NCBI GenBank assembly: GCA_048938445.1
Contig: JBHLME010000054.1
Location: 1-28,677 of the forward strand
From: Promethearchaeota archaeon
Lineage (GTDB): Archaea; Asgardarchaeota; Lokiarchaeia; Sigyniarchaeales; SOKP01
Direction: 5' to 3'
Length of the DNA: 28,677 nt
The notes under the pieces were generated by a model, which saw only the letters and a list, made by a program, of their open reading frames with translations, searched no databases and was not told the DNA's origin. This document shows positions 10,432 through 20,661 of the stretch, piece after piece; the stretch's first letter is position 1; each line of letters begins with the position of its first letter. A program made the translations under genes and the position numbers.

Positions 10432-10944
10432 TTATTGAATTATATTAAGATTGTTAAGTTCTTGAATGAGTTCTTTGGTGTATTTCTTAATTTTTAATCT
10501 TTTTATCTTAAATAAACTTTTTATTAGCTTTTCTCCTACTACTGATCCACCTTTTTTTTCAATATTAGACTGCATTACCTTGAATGTCTTTCCTTTCGTA
10601 AATCTACCCGTAGCAAAGAGAACGAAATTCTTCTCTTTAATATTCTTGACAAGTTGCATGTAACCAAAAAAAATAACTGCTGGTTGTCCTCCATGAACTG
10701 GAGTTCCAAAAAACACGAGATCATATGCACCAAGATCTTCAATATCCTTTTTATAACTGATGCTTGATAAGTCACCATTTTTTATTTTTTCTTGTTCTTT
10801 GATTAAATCCCTGCCTTTCTTAGAATAAAAAAACTGTTCAATCCTCACATCATGTGATTCAAGCATCTCTGCAATGGATTCTGCGAATGATTTTGTCCTA
10901 CCTGTTAGTGAAATGTATAAAATCAGAATTTTCATTAATATCAC
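10432..10944 (-). CDS. Flavodoxin-family protein
   Basis: KILILYISLTGRTKSFAE FMN-phosphate loop, YDLVFFGTPV, FVLFATG. Confidence 0.85.
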   Translation of the reverse strand: MILMKILILYISLTGRTKSFAESIAEMLESHDVRIEQFFYSKKGRDLIKEQEKIKNGDLSSISYKKDIEDLGAYDLVFFGTPVHGGQPAVIFFGYMQLVKNIKEKNFVLFATGRFTKGKTFKVMQSNIEKKGGSVVGEKLIKSLFKIKRLKIKKYTKELIQELNNLNIIQ

Positions 10945-11109
10945 TTTACATTTTTTAAATTTAATTATTCTAAGTATTTTTTAGCTTTTAAGCATTAGTG
11001 AAATTTGGGTATATTAAAGCATTACTACTGAATTCATTCAATATTCATTAATAAAGCAAATGTTAAAATCTCATGTTTTAATAGGTATTATTTCTTAAGA
11101 ATTAATCAC

Positions 11110-11763
11110 ATGTCAGTAGAAGAGTTAAGAAAGATAGTAAACAAAAAAATTGATGAAGATTTCACTCACGACATTGAATTCATTTTTAATACTATAAAGG
11201 ATCTTAAGTTAGATAAAAATTCTAAAATACTTGATATAGGCACGGGGTATGGAATAATGGCAACGATTTTAGCACTAAATGGTTTTGATGTTTTAACTGG
11301 TGAACCCAAGGAAGATCCATTAAGAGACGAGTATTATAAATATCATGAGGAGCATTGTCATAAACATCAAGAGGAGAACCACACAAACCATAATCGTATG
11401 GAAAATTATGATTGGAGAATATTAGCAAGGGATTTAAAGGTAGAAAACAAAATATCGTATTGTAATTTTGATGCTCAAAATCTTGATTTCCCCGATAATA
11501 CTTTTAAAGCAATCTTCATGTACGACGCTCTTCAGCACATCCATGACAAAAAAGCCGCTCTTAAGGAATGCATAAGAATATTAGACGCAAATGGTTTAAT
11601 TTGTGTCATTGAAACAAATCAAATGGGTATAGATTATTATAAAAAAAATTATAATTTTACCATAAACCTTGTTGACCCAAGAACTATTCTTAATGAAAAA
11701 AATATATTATTTAAAGTAATCAAAGGTCACCATGTTAATTTTTATATTGTAAGGAAAATTTAG
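11110..11763 (+). CDS. Class I SAM-dependent methyltransferase with His-rich insert
   Basis: ILDIGTGYG motif I, DAQNLDFPDNTF, ALQHI, ECIRIL. Confidence 0.85.
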   Translation: MSVEELRKIVNKKIDEDFTHDIEFIFNTIKDLKLDKNSKILDIGTGYGIMATILALNGFDVLTGEPKEDPLRDEYYKYHEEHCHKHQEENHTNHNRMENYDWRILARDLKVENKISYCNFDAQNLDFPDNTFKAIFMYDALQHIHDKKAALKECIRILDANGLICVIETNQMGIDYYKKNYNFTINLVDPRTILNEKNILFKVIKGHHVNFYIVRKI

Positions 11764-12426
11764 TTAAGAATCATTAATTTCATTAACTTTCTCTTGCTTT
11801 ATGAGAAGATAAAGCTTAATAGACATTATAAACATCCAAAAAAGGATCAATGCCATTCCAATGCGTTGCATGAGCCCATATAACGCTAGAAATCCAGGAA
11901 TTAACGTTAATGGTAACATTATACAAAAAAAAATAATTAATTCTAAAGGGAAGTATGCCCAAGCCTTTCCCCATTTATTATCAATTTTCAAGGGATACAT
12001 CAATATTATTATTGCCACAGGAATAGAAAACATGTCAATATAAGAGATTAACCAATGAATTTTAGATGATAATGTAAGATGTCTACAACCTACATCACAT
12101 GGAATGAATCCTAGCAATAAAATAATTATACCAGAAAAACCGAGCAAAAACACGCTGATAGTTGTAAATATGTGTTTTTTTATACTTTTATATAAAGCGA
12201 TACTAAATAAAATAATAGAGAGACCTAAAAGTCCAAAACCAAAGACATTCATGATTGTCGCATGTGGCGCATTTTCTGCACCTAAAGCACTTAAAACTTC
12301 TATTAAAGGATCATAATCAATCCAAATAATGCCCAATAATGTAATTACTATAGAGAATACGCAAGGACCTGCCATTCCAAAGATAGCTAAGAGTTTTAGA
12401 AATAAATTCTCTTGAATTTTCTTCAT
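11764..12426 (-). CDS. DUF998-family multi-pass membrane protein
   Basis: YDPL...LSALGAENAPH...MN, IPCD, IH, GLMQR pattern; about 5 TM helices. Confidence 0.8.
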   Translation of the reverse strand: MKKIQENLFLKLLAIFGMAGPCVFSIVITLLGIIWIDYDPLIEVLSALGAENAPHATIMNVFGFGLLGLSIILFSIALYKSIKKHIFTTISVFLLGFSGIIILLLGFIPCDVGCRHLTLSSKIHWLISYIDMFSIPVAIIILMYPLKIDNKWGKAWAYFPLELIIFFCIMLPLTLIPGFLALYGLMQRIGMALILFWMFIMSIKLYLLIKQEKVNEINDS

Positions 12427-12577
12427 GTAATCAAATTTTTACCTTTTTTTGGCATGATTAGGTTGATAAAATCTTAAAATTGAATTATAATTTCAATACT
12501 TATATAAGTATATAAATGTTTTTCAAAATGCATTTATATAAATTAAAAAAAATGAAAAATAAGGTATAATTTCTACA

Positions 12578-13246
12578 TTAATATATTGGACTTTCAAAAA
12601 GAATATCTTTATCAGCAAGACGATAGAGCTTGGTTGACATTAAAAATATCCATGAAAGCATGACTGCAAGTCCCATTCTTTGTACCAAACCAGTAATTGA
12701 AACTGAAGTGAATGTCATTGAAATTGGAATATATACCAATAAAAATAGGCCAAATAACACAAAAAAGAACCACCAATATCCCTTCCAGTTACCATCTTTA
12801 CGTAAAGGATAAACTAGTACTATCATGGCCATAGGTATTAATCCACTAGAAATACCTGCGAGAACGTTATGTCCAAAACCTAATATGGTAATTTCAGCAC
12901 CTAAAGGATCAACAGGAAATATTGAAAGGAAAAAGATTAGCGTTCCTGCGATTAAAAAGAGAACAAGACTAACTCTTGTTAGAAGATGCTTTCTAACACC
13001 TATATAAAGCCCTATTCCAAATAGAATTACATAAAGACCAAATATATTGAATCCAAAAATATTCATGAAGACACCGTGTGGTGCGATGGGAGATGCTAAT
13101 TCACTTATCACTTGACTAAATGGATTATACCCCGGATAAATTAATCCTAATACGGTAAATACTATGGCATTAATAACTGGTCCACAAATTCCAAATAGCG
13201 CAAACGATTTTTGAACTTTACTGAGATTAAACTGAAAAGTTTCCAT
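12578..13246 (-). CDS. DUF998-family multi-pass membrane protein (tandem paralogue)
   Basis: PGYNPFSQVISELA, FPVD, GH, GLVQR; colinear with the neighbouring gene. Confidence 0.82.
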   Translation of the reverse strand: METFQFNLSKVQKSFALFGICGPVINAIVFTVLGLIYPGYNPFSQVISELASPIAPHGVFMNIFGFNIFGLYVILFGIGLYIGVRKHLLTRVSLVLFLIAGTLIFFLSIFPVDPLGAEITILGFGHNVLAGISSGLIPMAMIVLVYPLRKDGNWKGYWWFFFVLFGLFLLVYIPISMTFTSVSITGLVQRMGLAVMLSWIFLMSTKLYRLADKDILFESPIY

Positions 13247-13495
13247 TTATATCCCCATACCTAAATACTTTAATTCTCGATATAAGAATTAAACATGTTA
13301 AAATATGTTACTAATATAATAATCTTGTATTTTAAATGAGTATGTAAAAAAAAAAATTTAAATAGATTTCAAAATCAAATTTTTCATATTGTCTTATATT
13401 ATTCTACTATAAAAAATTGTTATATTCATTATTTAGCAGTAATAATTTAAAAAAAAAAAGAAAATTGTTCTTTTATAAAATGGAATTGTATTTTA

Positions 13496-13909
13496 CTAAG
13501 ATTTTCGAAACAAATAATAAACATAAAAAAAAGCTGCGTCAAATGCTATAAAAAGTACTATATATACCCAAATAAGAATTGGTGGGGATGGCGTGTAAAC
13601 CCAAGGTAATAAGGGTAAAAGCACCTCGTAAAACATTACTATTATTGCTATTGTAAGCCATAACATTTCTACCTCTATAATAATTCTGACTTTTTCCCAA
13701 TCAACTCTCTTCCACGCAATAATTGATCCAAAACCAAAACCGATTATAGCAGCACCAAGTACTCTAAGAGTTATTGTATCTGTTGTAGGCCAAAGGAGTG
13801 GTACATAAAAATCTGCAAAAAAGATAAAAATTATTCCAAACACCGCCCCCACAATTGCATGGGCGAAACAAATTAATTCTAAAAGTCTTTGCTTATCCAT
13901 TATTTTCAA
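13496..13909 (-). CDS. Hypothetical 4-TM membrane protein
   Basis: Four hydrophobic segments, RVLGAA motif; ATG at 13900 is a possible start. Confidence 0.7.
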   Translation of the reverse strand: MKIMDKQRLLELICFAHAIVGAVFGIIFIFFADFYVPLLWPTTDTITLRVLGAAIIGFGFGSIIAWKRVDWEKVRIIIEVEMLWLTIAIIVMFYEVLLPLLPWVYTPSPPILIWVYIVLFIAFDAAFFYVYYLFRKS

Positions 13910-14074
13910 ACCTTTTTATTTTATTTCATGAAATATCAATTTTATTAAAAAAATTATTAAATAACATTAAGTTGTAGGATATATATAAATTTATACAAAA
14001 ATGTAATATCTTTTATTAGAATATTGAGAAAAGAGGAAGAGTCAAAAGTAAAAATGCATTAGCTAGCATTCTTA

Positions 14075-14695
14075 TTACATTGTTTTGAGGATTTCTTCAG
14101 CTCTTTGATTAACTTTCTTCTTCAAAGTTTTTTTTCTAATAAAGTTTTTATTATGACGTTTCTTGAACCTATTTTCAGCAATTATTCGCCATTTTTTTTT
14201 CCAAGAGGGAAAACCTGTTTTCACATGTTTTTCACGAGAAGGAAAATCTCTCGTAATCCAGTCAAATAAAGCGAAATAACGGTCAAAACCTGCCTCCATC
14301 GTTACTTTGGAGGATTTTACTCCTAATTTTCTAAGGTGTGCTACGAAACGTCCTTCTACAGCCTCTTGTAATTTTCCTTCAACTATAGCTGGTTCATGTT
14401 TGATGCCATTTTCATCAAACCATTCTCGTACTTTATTAAAGCAACTACCACGACAAATCTGAATAACATCATGTTCTTTATTGAAATTCAATGCTTTGAG
14501 TCCATCTTTTACCATCTCTAAGATGTACTCAAATGATTTTCGATTTTTGTGATTTTCTTCATTATAAAGTCCTACTGGTATTCCACGAAAGATAATCTCT
14601 CCCGATTCTATAACATGAAACCCAATAAATGCATCTCCAACGATATCGCCCGTGCCGCTATCGTCAATTTCTATAGTTCTTGCTTTCAGTGTCAT
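14075..14695 (-). CDS. Conserved hypothetical protein with RNase HII-like N-terminal motif
   Basis: IEIDDSGTGDIVG resembles GxDEAGRGxxxG; basic C-terminal tail; SD-like AGGTGA just upstream. Confidence 0.6.
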   Translation of the reverse strand: MTLKARTIEIDDSGTGDIVGDAFIGFHVIESGEIIFRGIPVGLYNEENHKNRKSFEYILEMVKDGLKALNFNKEHDVIQICRGSCFNKVREWFDENGIKHEPAIVEGKLQEAVEGRFVAHLRKLGVKSSKVTMEAGFDRYFALFDWITRDFPSREKHVKTGFPSWKKKWRIIAENRFKKRHNKNFIRKKTLKKKVNQRAEEILKTM

Positions 14696-14935
14696 TTTTA
14701 ATGAATCACCTGTAATCTGTTGTTTTTATAAATTATTTGTAAAGTAATTCGTTGAAATCTTAGGATATTCAGTCGATTGTTATTACCTCATATTAATTAA
14801 ATTAACACTTATTTATAGACTTTTGGAATAAGATAAATAATTTATGATTAATTATTATAAAAAATAAAGTAAATTCTGATAAGGTATGAATCACGTATAT
14901 ATAATACTAACTAAACACTATTAGAATGATAAAGA

Positions 14936-15442
14936 ATGGGAGATAATATAGATATTGACACGGAAACCATGCTTGAATTAATGAGATATGCTTTTCTTAG
15001 ATTAGATGGGGCATGGTTTATTGCTTCAGCAGAAAAATTTGGTATAGAAGCTGCAACAGATTTGGATATAAAAGCGTGGGAAAAATATTCTGAAAGATTG
15101 GGAAAAAGAATCGCTACCATTATTGGTTTGAATGGTGATTTTTCTAAAGATTTACCAAAATTAATGAAAGTTAACGATTCTTTAATGAAAATGAATACAG
15201 AACTTACAATTGAAGGTGGAAATAAAGCAATTCACAAGGTTTTTGACTGCGAAATCTGGAAAATGGTTCAAAAGGTATGGTCCCAAGATGAGATACCCTG
15301 TCATAAGGTCACGTTAGCAAGTATCAAGGGTCTATTAAAAGGTGCTTTTCCTCAAAAAGACTTTACTCTTAAGCAAAACAAAAAGATACCACTAGGAGAC
15401 CCTTTTTGTGAGATTCAAATAACTCTAAATAATCCGGATTAA
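14936..15442 (+). CDS. DUF6125 / V4R-like ligand-binding protein
   Basis: LDGAWF...EKFGIEAA...D, then C...C...GDPFCE pattern. Confidence 0.7.
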   Translation: MGDNIDIDTETMLELMRYAFLRLDGAWFIASAEKFGIEAATDLDIKAWEKYSERLGKRIATIIGLNGDFSKDLPKLMKVNDSLMKMNTELTIEGGNKAIHKVFDCEIWKMVQKVWSQDEIPCHKVTLASIKGLLKGAFPQKDFTLKQNKKIPLGDPFCEIQITLNNPD

Positions 15443-15464
15443 TTAATTAATTAGTTAAATCCGG
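15434..15464. terminator. Inverted repeat between convergent genes
   Basis: CCGGATT (15434-15440) and AATCCGG (15458-15464) enclose a TAAT-rich, nearly self-complementary core. Confidence 0.4.
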
Positions 15465-15516
15465 GGGTAATATTTTAAATTTAATTTCTAAAAAAAAATT
15501 TTTAATTTAATTTTAA

Positions 15517-15972
15517 TTAAACCATGCAACTTGAGAAAAAATCCAATACATTCAGCAATTTTTTCTTACTCATATCCATTATCATTCTCACGCACGTTCC
15601 TTTCGCAAGAAGTTGCATGTTTGATTTCCTGAACATTTCATGATAAAAAGTAAAAGAAGTATTCCCAATGTCAATTATTCTTGACTTCACGATTATGATA
15701 TCTCCAAATATAGCTGAATGATCATATGATACCTCTACATTTCTCACGGGAAAGAGAATTCCCTTGTGCACTAAATCCTTGAAAGGAGTATTACATGTAA
15801 AAAAGTTTATCAAATGAACAAAACCATCATCTAAATAAATTAGATAATTCCTAAAATGGACAATACCTCCAGCATCAACATCACTAAATCTAACAGTAAC
15901 CTCTGCTGTATCCTCAATGTCCATTAATTTTTTTTTAAGATCTTCACGTGAACTCGACATTTTTTTATCCAT
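15517..15972 (-). CDS. Acyl-CoA thioesterase, 4HBT/YbgC hot-dog family
   Basis: VRFSDVDAGGIVHFRNYL, FGDII, IGNTSF. Confidence 0.88.
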   Translation of the reverse strand: MDKKMSSSREDLKKKLMDIEDTAEVTVRFSDVDAGGIVHFRNYLIYLDDGFVHLINFFTCNTPFKDLVHKGILFPVRNVEVSYDHSAIFGDIIIVKSRIIDIGNTSFTFYHEMFRKSNMQLLAKGTCVRMIMDMSKKKLLNVLDFFSSCMV

Positions 15973-16095
15973 TAATTGTGTGTTCTATTAAATATAAAGA
16001 ATAAGATTATAAATTTTAAAGTCGTGCTTGCGGATTTATTACTAATATATCATTATCAATATTATAAATTGAAGTAAATTTCACAAGATTGAATA

Positions 16096-16257
16096 ATGAA
16101 AGAGTATAAATTAGTAAAAAAATTAAAGCAAAGCGGCTCTTCAACTTTTAGTACTATGATAAAAAGCAGAGAAAGTCAATTAAAACTGCTTTCTTCAGAG
16201 GGTTGGAGATTGGTAGGTGTTGATCGAAATTTTTTTTATCTTGAAAGAGAAATTTAA
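16096..16257 (+). CDS. Small DUF4177-like protein (53 aa), absent from the ORF track
   Basis: Manual translation: MKEYKLVKKLKQSGSSTFSTMIKSRESQLKLLSSEGWRLVGVDRNFFYLEREI; EYK...EGWxLV...YLER signature. Confidence 0.7.
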   Translation: MKEYKLVKKLKQSGSSTFSTMIKSRESQLKLLSSEGWRLVGVDRNFFYLEREI

Positions 16258-16473
16258 GAAAATAAAATATTGTAACTTTTGCTTATTCTATACAAAAAAC
16301 TATTATTAACTCTTTTTTTAATATTAAACTCTCAATTTTTAACATCAGAATAAGAAGAAACTATTTACTTTAAGAGATTTAAAAAGTTAAAGCGATATTC
16401 CTTTATTATTTTAGTTTTATAATAAATATAATAAAAGTAAAAAATAATAAAAATAAAATTTTACATGTTAAGT

Positions 16474-17292
16474 TTAAATACTTTTTGTGGCAAGTAACTC
16501 CTGAGAAGCACTTGGAGTTTTAAATATCTGGTGTGGTTGGAATATACAGATATTTGTTTCACCCATAGCGTTACTATCAGTTGTTTCTACAAAATATGCA
16601 TAGCTAGTATTTGGTTTAAGTTCTTTTTTGATGATAACTTCTCCTTTGTTCAAACCGGCATCTTTATTGCTAATTCTATCAACAAAAACGTTATCCCACC
16701 ATGTAAGCTTCTGTATGTTGAATTCTGTTGATGTCTTACCTAAAGATAAGCGGTAAATATAATATGCATCGACTCCAGCTGCATCCTTAAGCGTCGTCCA
16801 TTGCACTTTCACATCTTTTAGGGAAGTGCCTTCCGGCATACTATTTAAAGTTCCTGGAAGGTATGAATGTAAAATTTCATCTTTATTTTCAAGATATGCC
16901 TTTACCAACTTTTGACCCGGAGAACTTTTCTGATACCGTGATTTTGAAATTATATTGCCATTTTTTAGTTTAACCTTTATCTTGTACTCACCTTCTTCTA
17001 TGAAACCAGTAGTAAGGTTCACCATGTACCAGCAAGAATTAAATGCTTTGTCAATTATATACCCATTTACATTTTTAAGGTTAAATTCTTGGTTAATAAA
17101 ATTTACTTGATATCCATTAGGTCCATGGGCAGTTATCGAATCGATGTAGTCAGGTATGAAGCCTTTTGCTATCGGAAAGAACGCAATAAGAAACTTGTGC
17201 TGTTCTCTAGCTGTAGTGAAATCATAATCCACATACACATTACATGCCATGATATCATAAATCTGAATTTTAGGTTCTCTCATGATATTCAC
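16474..17292 (-). CDS. Hypothetical beta-rich protein
   Basis: 272-aa ORF with natural composition; no family recognised; ATG at 17283 is an alternative start. Confidence 0.65.
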   Translation of the reverse strand: MNIMREPKIQIYDIMACNVYVDYDFTTAREQHKFLIAFFPIAKGFIPDYIDSITAHGPNGYQVNFINQEFNLKNVNGYIIDKAFNSCWYMVNLTTGFIEEGEYKIKVKLKNGNIISKSRYQKSSPGQKLVKAYLENKDEILHSYLPGTLNSMPEGTSLKDVKVQWTTLKDAAGVDAYYIYRLSLGKTSTEFNIQKLTWWDNVFVDRISNKDAGLNKGEVIIKKELKPNTSYAYFVETTDSNAMGETNICIFQPHQIFKTPSASQELLATKSI

Positions 17293-17409
17293 ATTTTTTA
17301 TAAATTAATTTTAACCGATATCGACCATCTCAATTATTTAGATTATAAAAATTCAGAATGTCCATAATCATTTTATTTGAGATTAATACCGAATAATGTT
17401 TTAAACACT

Positions 17410-17484
17410 ACTATTTTCCAATTAATTTTATTGGAAATAGTCCAATTTAAAATATAAATTTTACTTGTGATTTACAATTGTAAA
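17410..17484. promoter_or_regulatory. Palindromic candidate operators in a divergent intergenic region
   Basis: ACTATTTTCCAAT...ATTGGAAATAGT (17410-17441) and perfect TTTACAATTGTAAA (17471-17484). Confidence 0.4.
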
Positions 17485-17659
17485 CTTTAAGATTATAAAA
17501 AAAATATGATTACAAGAGTAAATTAATGAAGATTAGAAAATTCCAAAGATAAATTTTAACTCAAGCTTAAACTTTAAAACAATTCAAAAATAAATTCTCA
17601 ATTATTAATAATTAAAAAACTTCAAGAACTTTACATTTAATTAGTAAAAGAGGATAAAA

Positions 17660-18049
17660 ATGTTTGAAAAACTAAAAACAAGCCAAGCGGCAATCACGGT
17701 CTTCCCCTTCGGAATATATTTAATGATATTAGGAACCATAATTGCCATTCATCCCGCACTTTTATTGAGTCTCGCTGGCATTGAACACTTTGACGTGATC
17801 GCACGTCTGATGGGGATGTTAACAGTAATATGCGGTTATTTTTACACTCGATGTGCTCTCGAAGGAATAAAAATGCAAAAGTTTTTTTGGTTTACGACCC
17901 ATACACGTTCAGTACAAATAATTGTAGTAGTTTTGTTTATTATTTTCGCTGAGGGCAACTTGCTCCTTTTAGGATTTAGTATAGTGGATCTTGCCGCATG
18001 TATTTGGACGATTTTTGCCCTTCGGAAGGATAAAAAGAAAGAGATTTGA
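17660..18049 (+). CDS. Hypothetical 4-TM membrane protein
   Basis: SD-like GAGG before the ATG; four hydrophobic helices. Confidence 0.75.
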   Translation: MFEKLKTSQAAITVFPFGIYLMILGTIIAIHPALLLSLAGIEHFDVIARLMGMLTVICGYFYTRCALEGIKMQKFFWFTTHTRSVQIIVVVLFIIFAEGNLLLLGFSIVDLAACIWTIFALRKDKKKEI

Positions 18050-19433
18050 AATTAAAACCTCTGAAATTGTATTTTTGGACAACACGCGATCATTAAGAAT
18101 AATAGAGGAGTTTAAATGCATTTCCACGGATTCGAACGGAAATTGGAGGTTTGAATCGATTTCCAAGAAGGATCTAGAGGAAAAGCTGGGAAAGAAATTA
18201 ATTGGCACCTCAGAAAAAATCGTGGCAAATTTCATGTGTAGCACTTCAATAGATATCGATAATATCCAATATGAGATCAAGAACAATCTTAAAGGTCATG
18301 AATATGAGCTCGCAGATCTTCTCAGAAATGCCAAGAAAGAAAGTAGTTCTACATATTATAATAACTTACAAAATGAAATTTTGACTACAACGATATATAA
18401 AATATTAAATTTAATTAACATAAAACTTAAGAGTCAATTAGCTGGTCTTACACTAGAAGAATTCTGCAAGTTTCCAGAAAAGAGAAGCGGAAATTCTTAT
18501 CTTGAACAAATTTTAATGAAACTTCAAGAAAGTTCTCATGAGATACAATCTCATCAACTTGGAAATTCATTTACAATCAAGTTTGGTACTAACGGTGAAT
18601 ATTCGATTACTTTAAGCAAGGCTGAAATTAATAAATATCTTTATTCTGATGTATTACCTGGCATTGTCGAAAGGGGAACATGGTACACATCTTCAAGAAC
18701 CATTGAAGGAATAACGGGTATTCGATATGAATCCCAAGTTGCGATGATGAGCTATTTACAGTTTAAATCCCTTTTTGTTGATACTATAAAACCTTTAAGC
18801 ACTAATGGTAAGATAAGTTATAAAATCTCAAATCCTTCCGATAAACAGTTGTTCTATGACATGAATGAAGAATATACGATTGATATGAACGGAGAGATCG
18901 ATGCAATTGATGATACTAACATAATCCGGTTATATGCCGCCCTCTTTGAAGGAAAAACCATACAGATATGTTTTGAAGAAATGTTTACACCCGAGACTGC
19001 AATCGAGTTTACAAGACTTGGAACAATGGAGGATCTAGATATTGAAGAACAGCAAGAAGCAAATATAATTAATATAATGCTTAATAGGTTTTACACCACA
19101 ACAGGAATGCCAATAACCTATTCTGGAAATTTATATTTGAGAATGCCTTATACTGATGCCGGATGCTTTACAGAATTGTTGCTAGAATATGGAAAAGAAG
19201 AAAATGAAGATCAATGGGAAGTTCAAGCAAAACTTTTAAATAAATATGTTAATTTCAAGAAATTAATTGAAAGATTTAGTGTTAATAGAGAAATGATTCG
19301 GTTTTTTGCTGATAATTTCGATGATAATATATTATTAAACAATGAGGGTTCAGTAAAATTGTTTATTGATTTTCTAAATCAAGGTAAAATTGTTATTACA
19401 GATGATTTGCTTAAACTAAATATTCTAATATAA
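17991..19433 (+). CDS. Hypothetical protein, probably 5'-truncated or with a later start
   Basis: 480-codon open frame; listed start lies 59 nt inside the upstream gene; next in-frame ATG is at 18234. Confidence 0.6.
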   Translation: MPHVFGRFLPFGRIKRKRFEIKTSEIVFLDNTRSLRIIEEFKCISTDSNGNWRFESISKKDLEEKLGKKLIGTSEKIVANFMCSTSIDIDNIQYEIKNNLKGHEYELADLLRNAKKESSSTYYNNLQNEILTTTIYKILNLINIKLKSQLAGLTLEEFCKFPEKRSGNSYLEQILMKLQESSHEIQSHQLGNSFTIKFGTNGEYSITLSKAEINKYLYSDVLPGIVERGTWYTSSRTIEGITGIRYESQVAMMSYLQFKSLFVDTIKPLSTNGKISYKISNPSDKQLFYDMNEEYTIDMNGEIDAIDDTNIIRLYAALFEGKTIQICFEEMFTPETAIEFTRLGTMEDLDIEEQQEANIINIMLNRFYTTTGMPITYSGNLYLRMPYTDAGCFTELLLEYGKEENEDQWEVQAKLLNKYVNFKKLIERFSVNREMIRFFADNFDDNILLNNEGSVKLFIDFLNQGKIVITDDLLKLNILI

Positions 19434-19478
19434 TAAGTTATTTTTTAAATTTTAATTATCAATAATACTATATGAAAT

Positions 19479-20489
19479 ATGAATGCTTCAATGAAATACC
19501 TAAAAAAAAATATCCAAATAACGGATAAGCTAGAATTAGATAAAATTGTCATCGATGAAAGACGAAAAATTGAAAAATTATTGAATAATAATACAAAAAT
19601 AAAATTAATTGGTATTGATGATAAAGGATTTATTAAAGATCTCTATTTATTTGGATATATTGGAAATTTAGATGATTATATTTTTTCAAAATTAGAATAT
19701 CTTTCGATTGAAGAAGGAGAGAATATAATTCAAGAAATTATTACAACCAATATATTACTCAAAGACATATTCATTATTAAAAGTAATATAACAGAAATTT
19801 TTAGCTTTAAAGAATATAATTACATAGAAAATCTAAATTTTAACAATAATTCTATAAAAAAAATCAATAATATAGAAAATCTTGTAAATCTTATTGAACT
19901 TAGTTTAAGAAATAATAAAATTTCTAAAATTGAGGGGTTTAATAATTTATTAAAAATTAAAAAATTGAATTTAGGGAATAATTTCATAGAATCGATTGAT
20001 GGTCTTGAAAGTCTCATAAATCTAAAAGAACTCTCAATACATGGGAATCAAATTGAAGATATCAATGAATTCAAGGATCTATCAACCTTAGAAAAGTTAG
20101 AGAAAATTGATCTTACACAGAATCCTATAAAAGATCTCAATATTACTACTCTATTACCAAATCTTAGGTCAATTTCGTTAGTAGAGTGTGAAATCTCAAA
20201 AATCTCTGCAGTGAAATACTTACCAAATCTTAAAACCATTGCTCTCCAAGGTAACAAGCTTGAAATACTTGAAAACTTTTCTCACGTTCCAAATTTAAGA
20301 AGGATAAATATCAACAGGAATAAAATAGTTTCTTGTGAAAATTTGGAGGGATTACCAAAAGGATGTACCATTGATGGATTTCACGAGGAATATTTTACAC
20401 CTCACGAGAAAAATGAGCTTGAAACTTACCTTAATTCTTTGGGAATTAAATATACATGGCGTTCGGTCAATTATCTAGATGAGCTCTAA
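19479..20489 (+). CDS. Leucine-rich repeat protein (SDS22/internalin-like)
   Basis: About 8 LxxLxLxxNxI repeats, e.g. LIELSLRNNKISKIEG and LKELSIHGNQI; no signal peptide seen. Confidence 0.9.
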   Translation: MNASMKYLKKNIQITDKLELDKIVIDERRKIEKLLNNNTKIKLIGIDDKGFIKDLYLFGYIGNLDDYIFSKLEYLSIEEGENIIQEIITTNILLKDIFIIKSNITEIFSFKEYNYIENLNFNNNSIKKINNIENLVNLIELSLRNNKISKIEGFNNLLKIKKLNLGNNFIESIDGLESLINLKELSIHGNQIEDINEFKDLSTLEKLEKIDLTQNPIKDLNITTLLPNLRSISLVECEISKISAVKYLPNLKTIALQGNKLEILENFSHVPNLRRININRNKIVSCENLEGLPKGCTIDGFHEEYFTPHEKNELETYLNSLGIKYTWRSVNYLDEL

Positions 20490-20661
20490 TCACCTAATTT
20501 TTTCTAATTTCTTAGTAATTTATAGATTCTTATCGCTTAGATAGAGTAAAGTTTACCATATTAAATTGATTATAAATACTTAAATAAATGAAAAAGAGTA
20601 AAAAATATTGTATAAAAATTAAGATAAAAATAATAATATTAAAATAAGTCATAATAGACTG

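Noticed and set aside
11764-13246. Tandem DUF998 genes as a novel system
   Set aside because: Ordinary old paralogue pair with no associated repeats or mobility signal.
18020-18060. Programmed -1 frameshift fusing the membrane gene to the 480-aa ORF
   Set aside because: The downstream ORF is in the +1 frame, so the A-rich run does not fit a -1 slip, and no stimulatory structure is evident.
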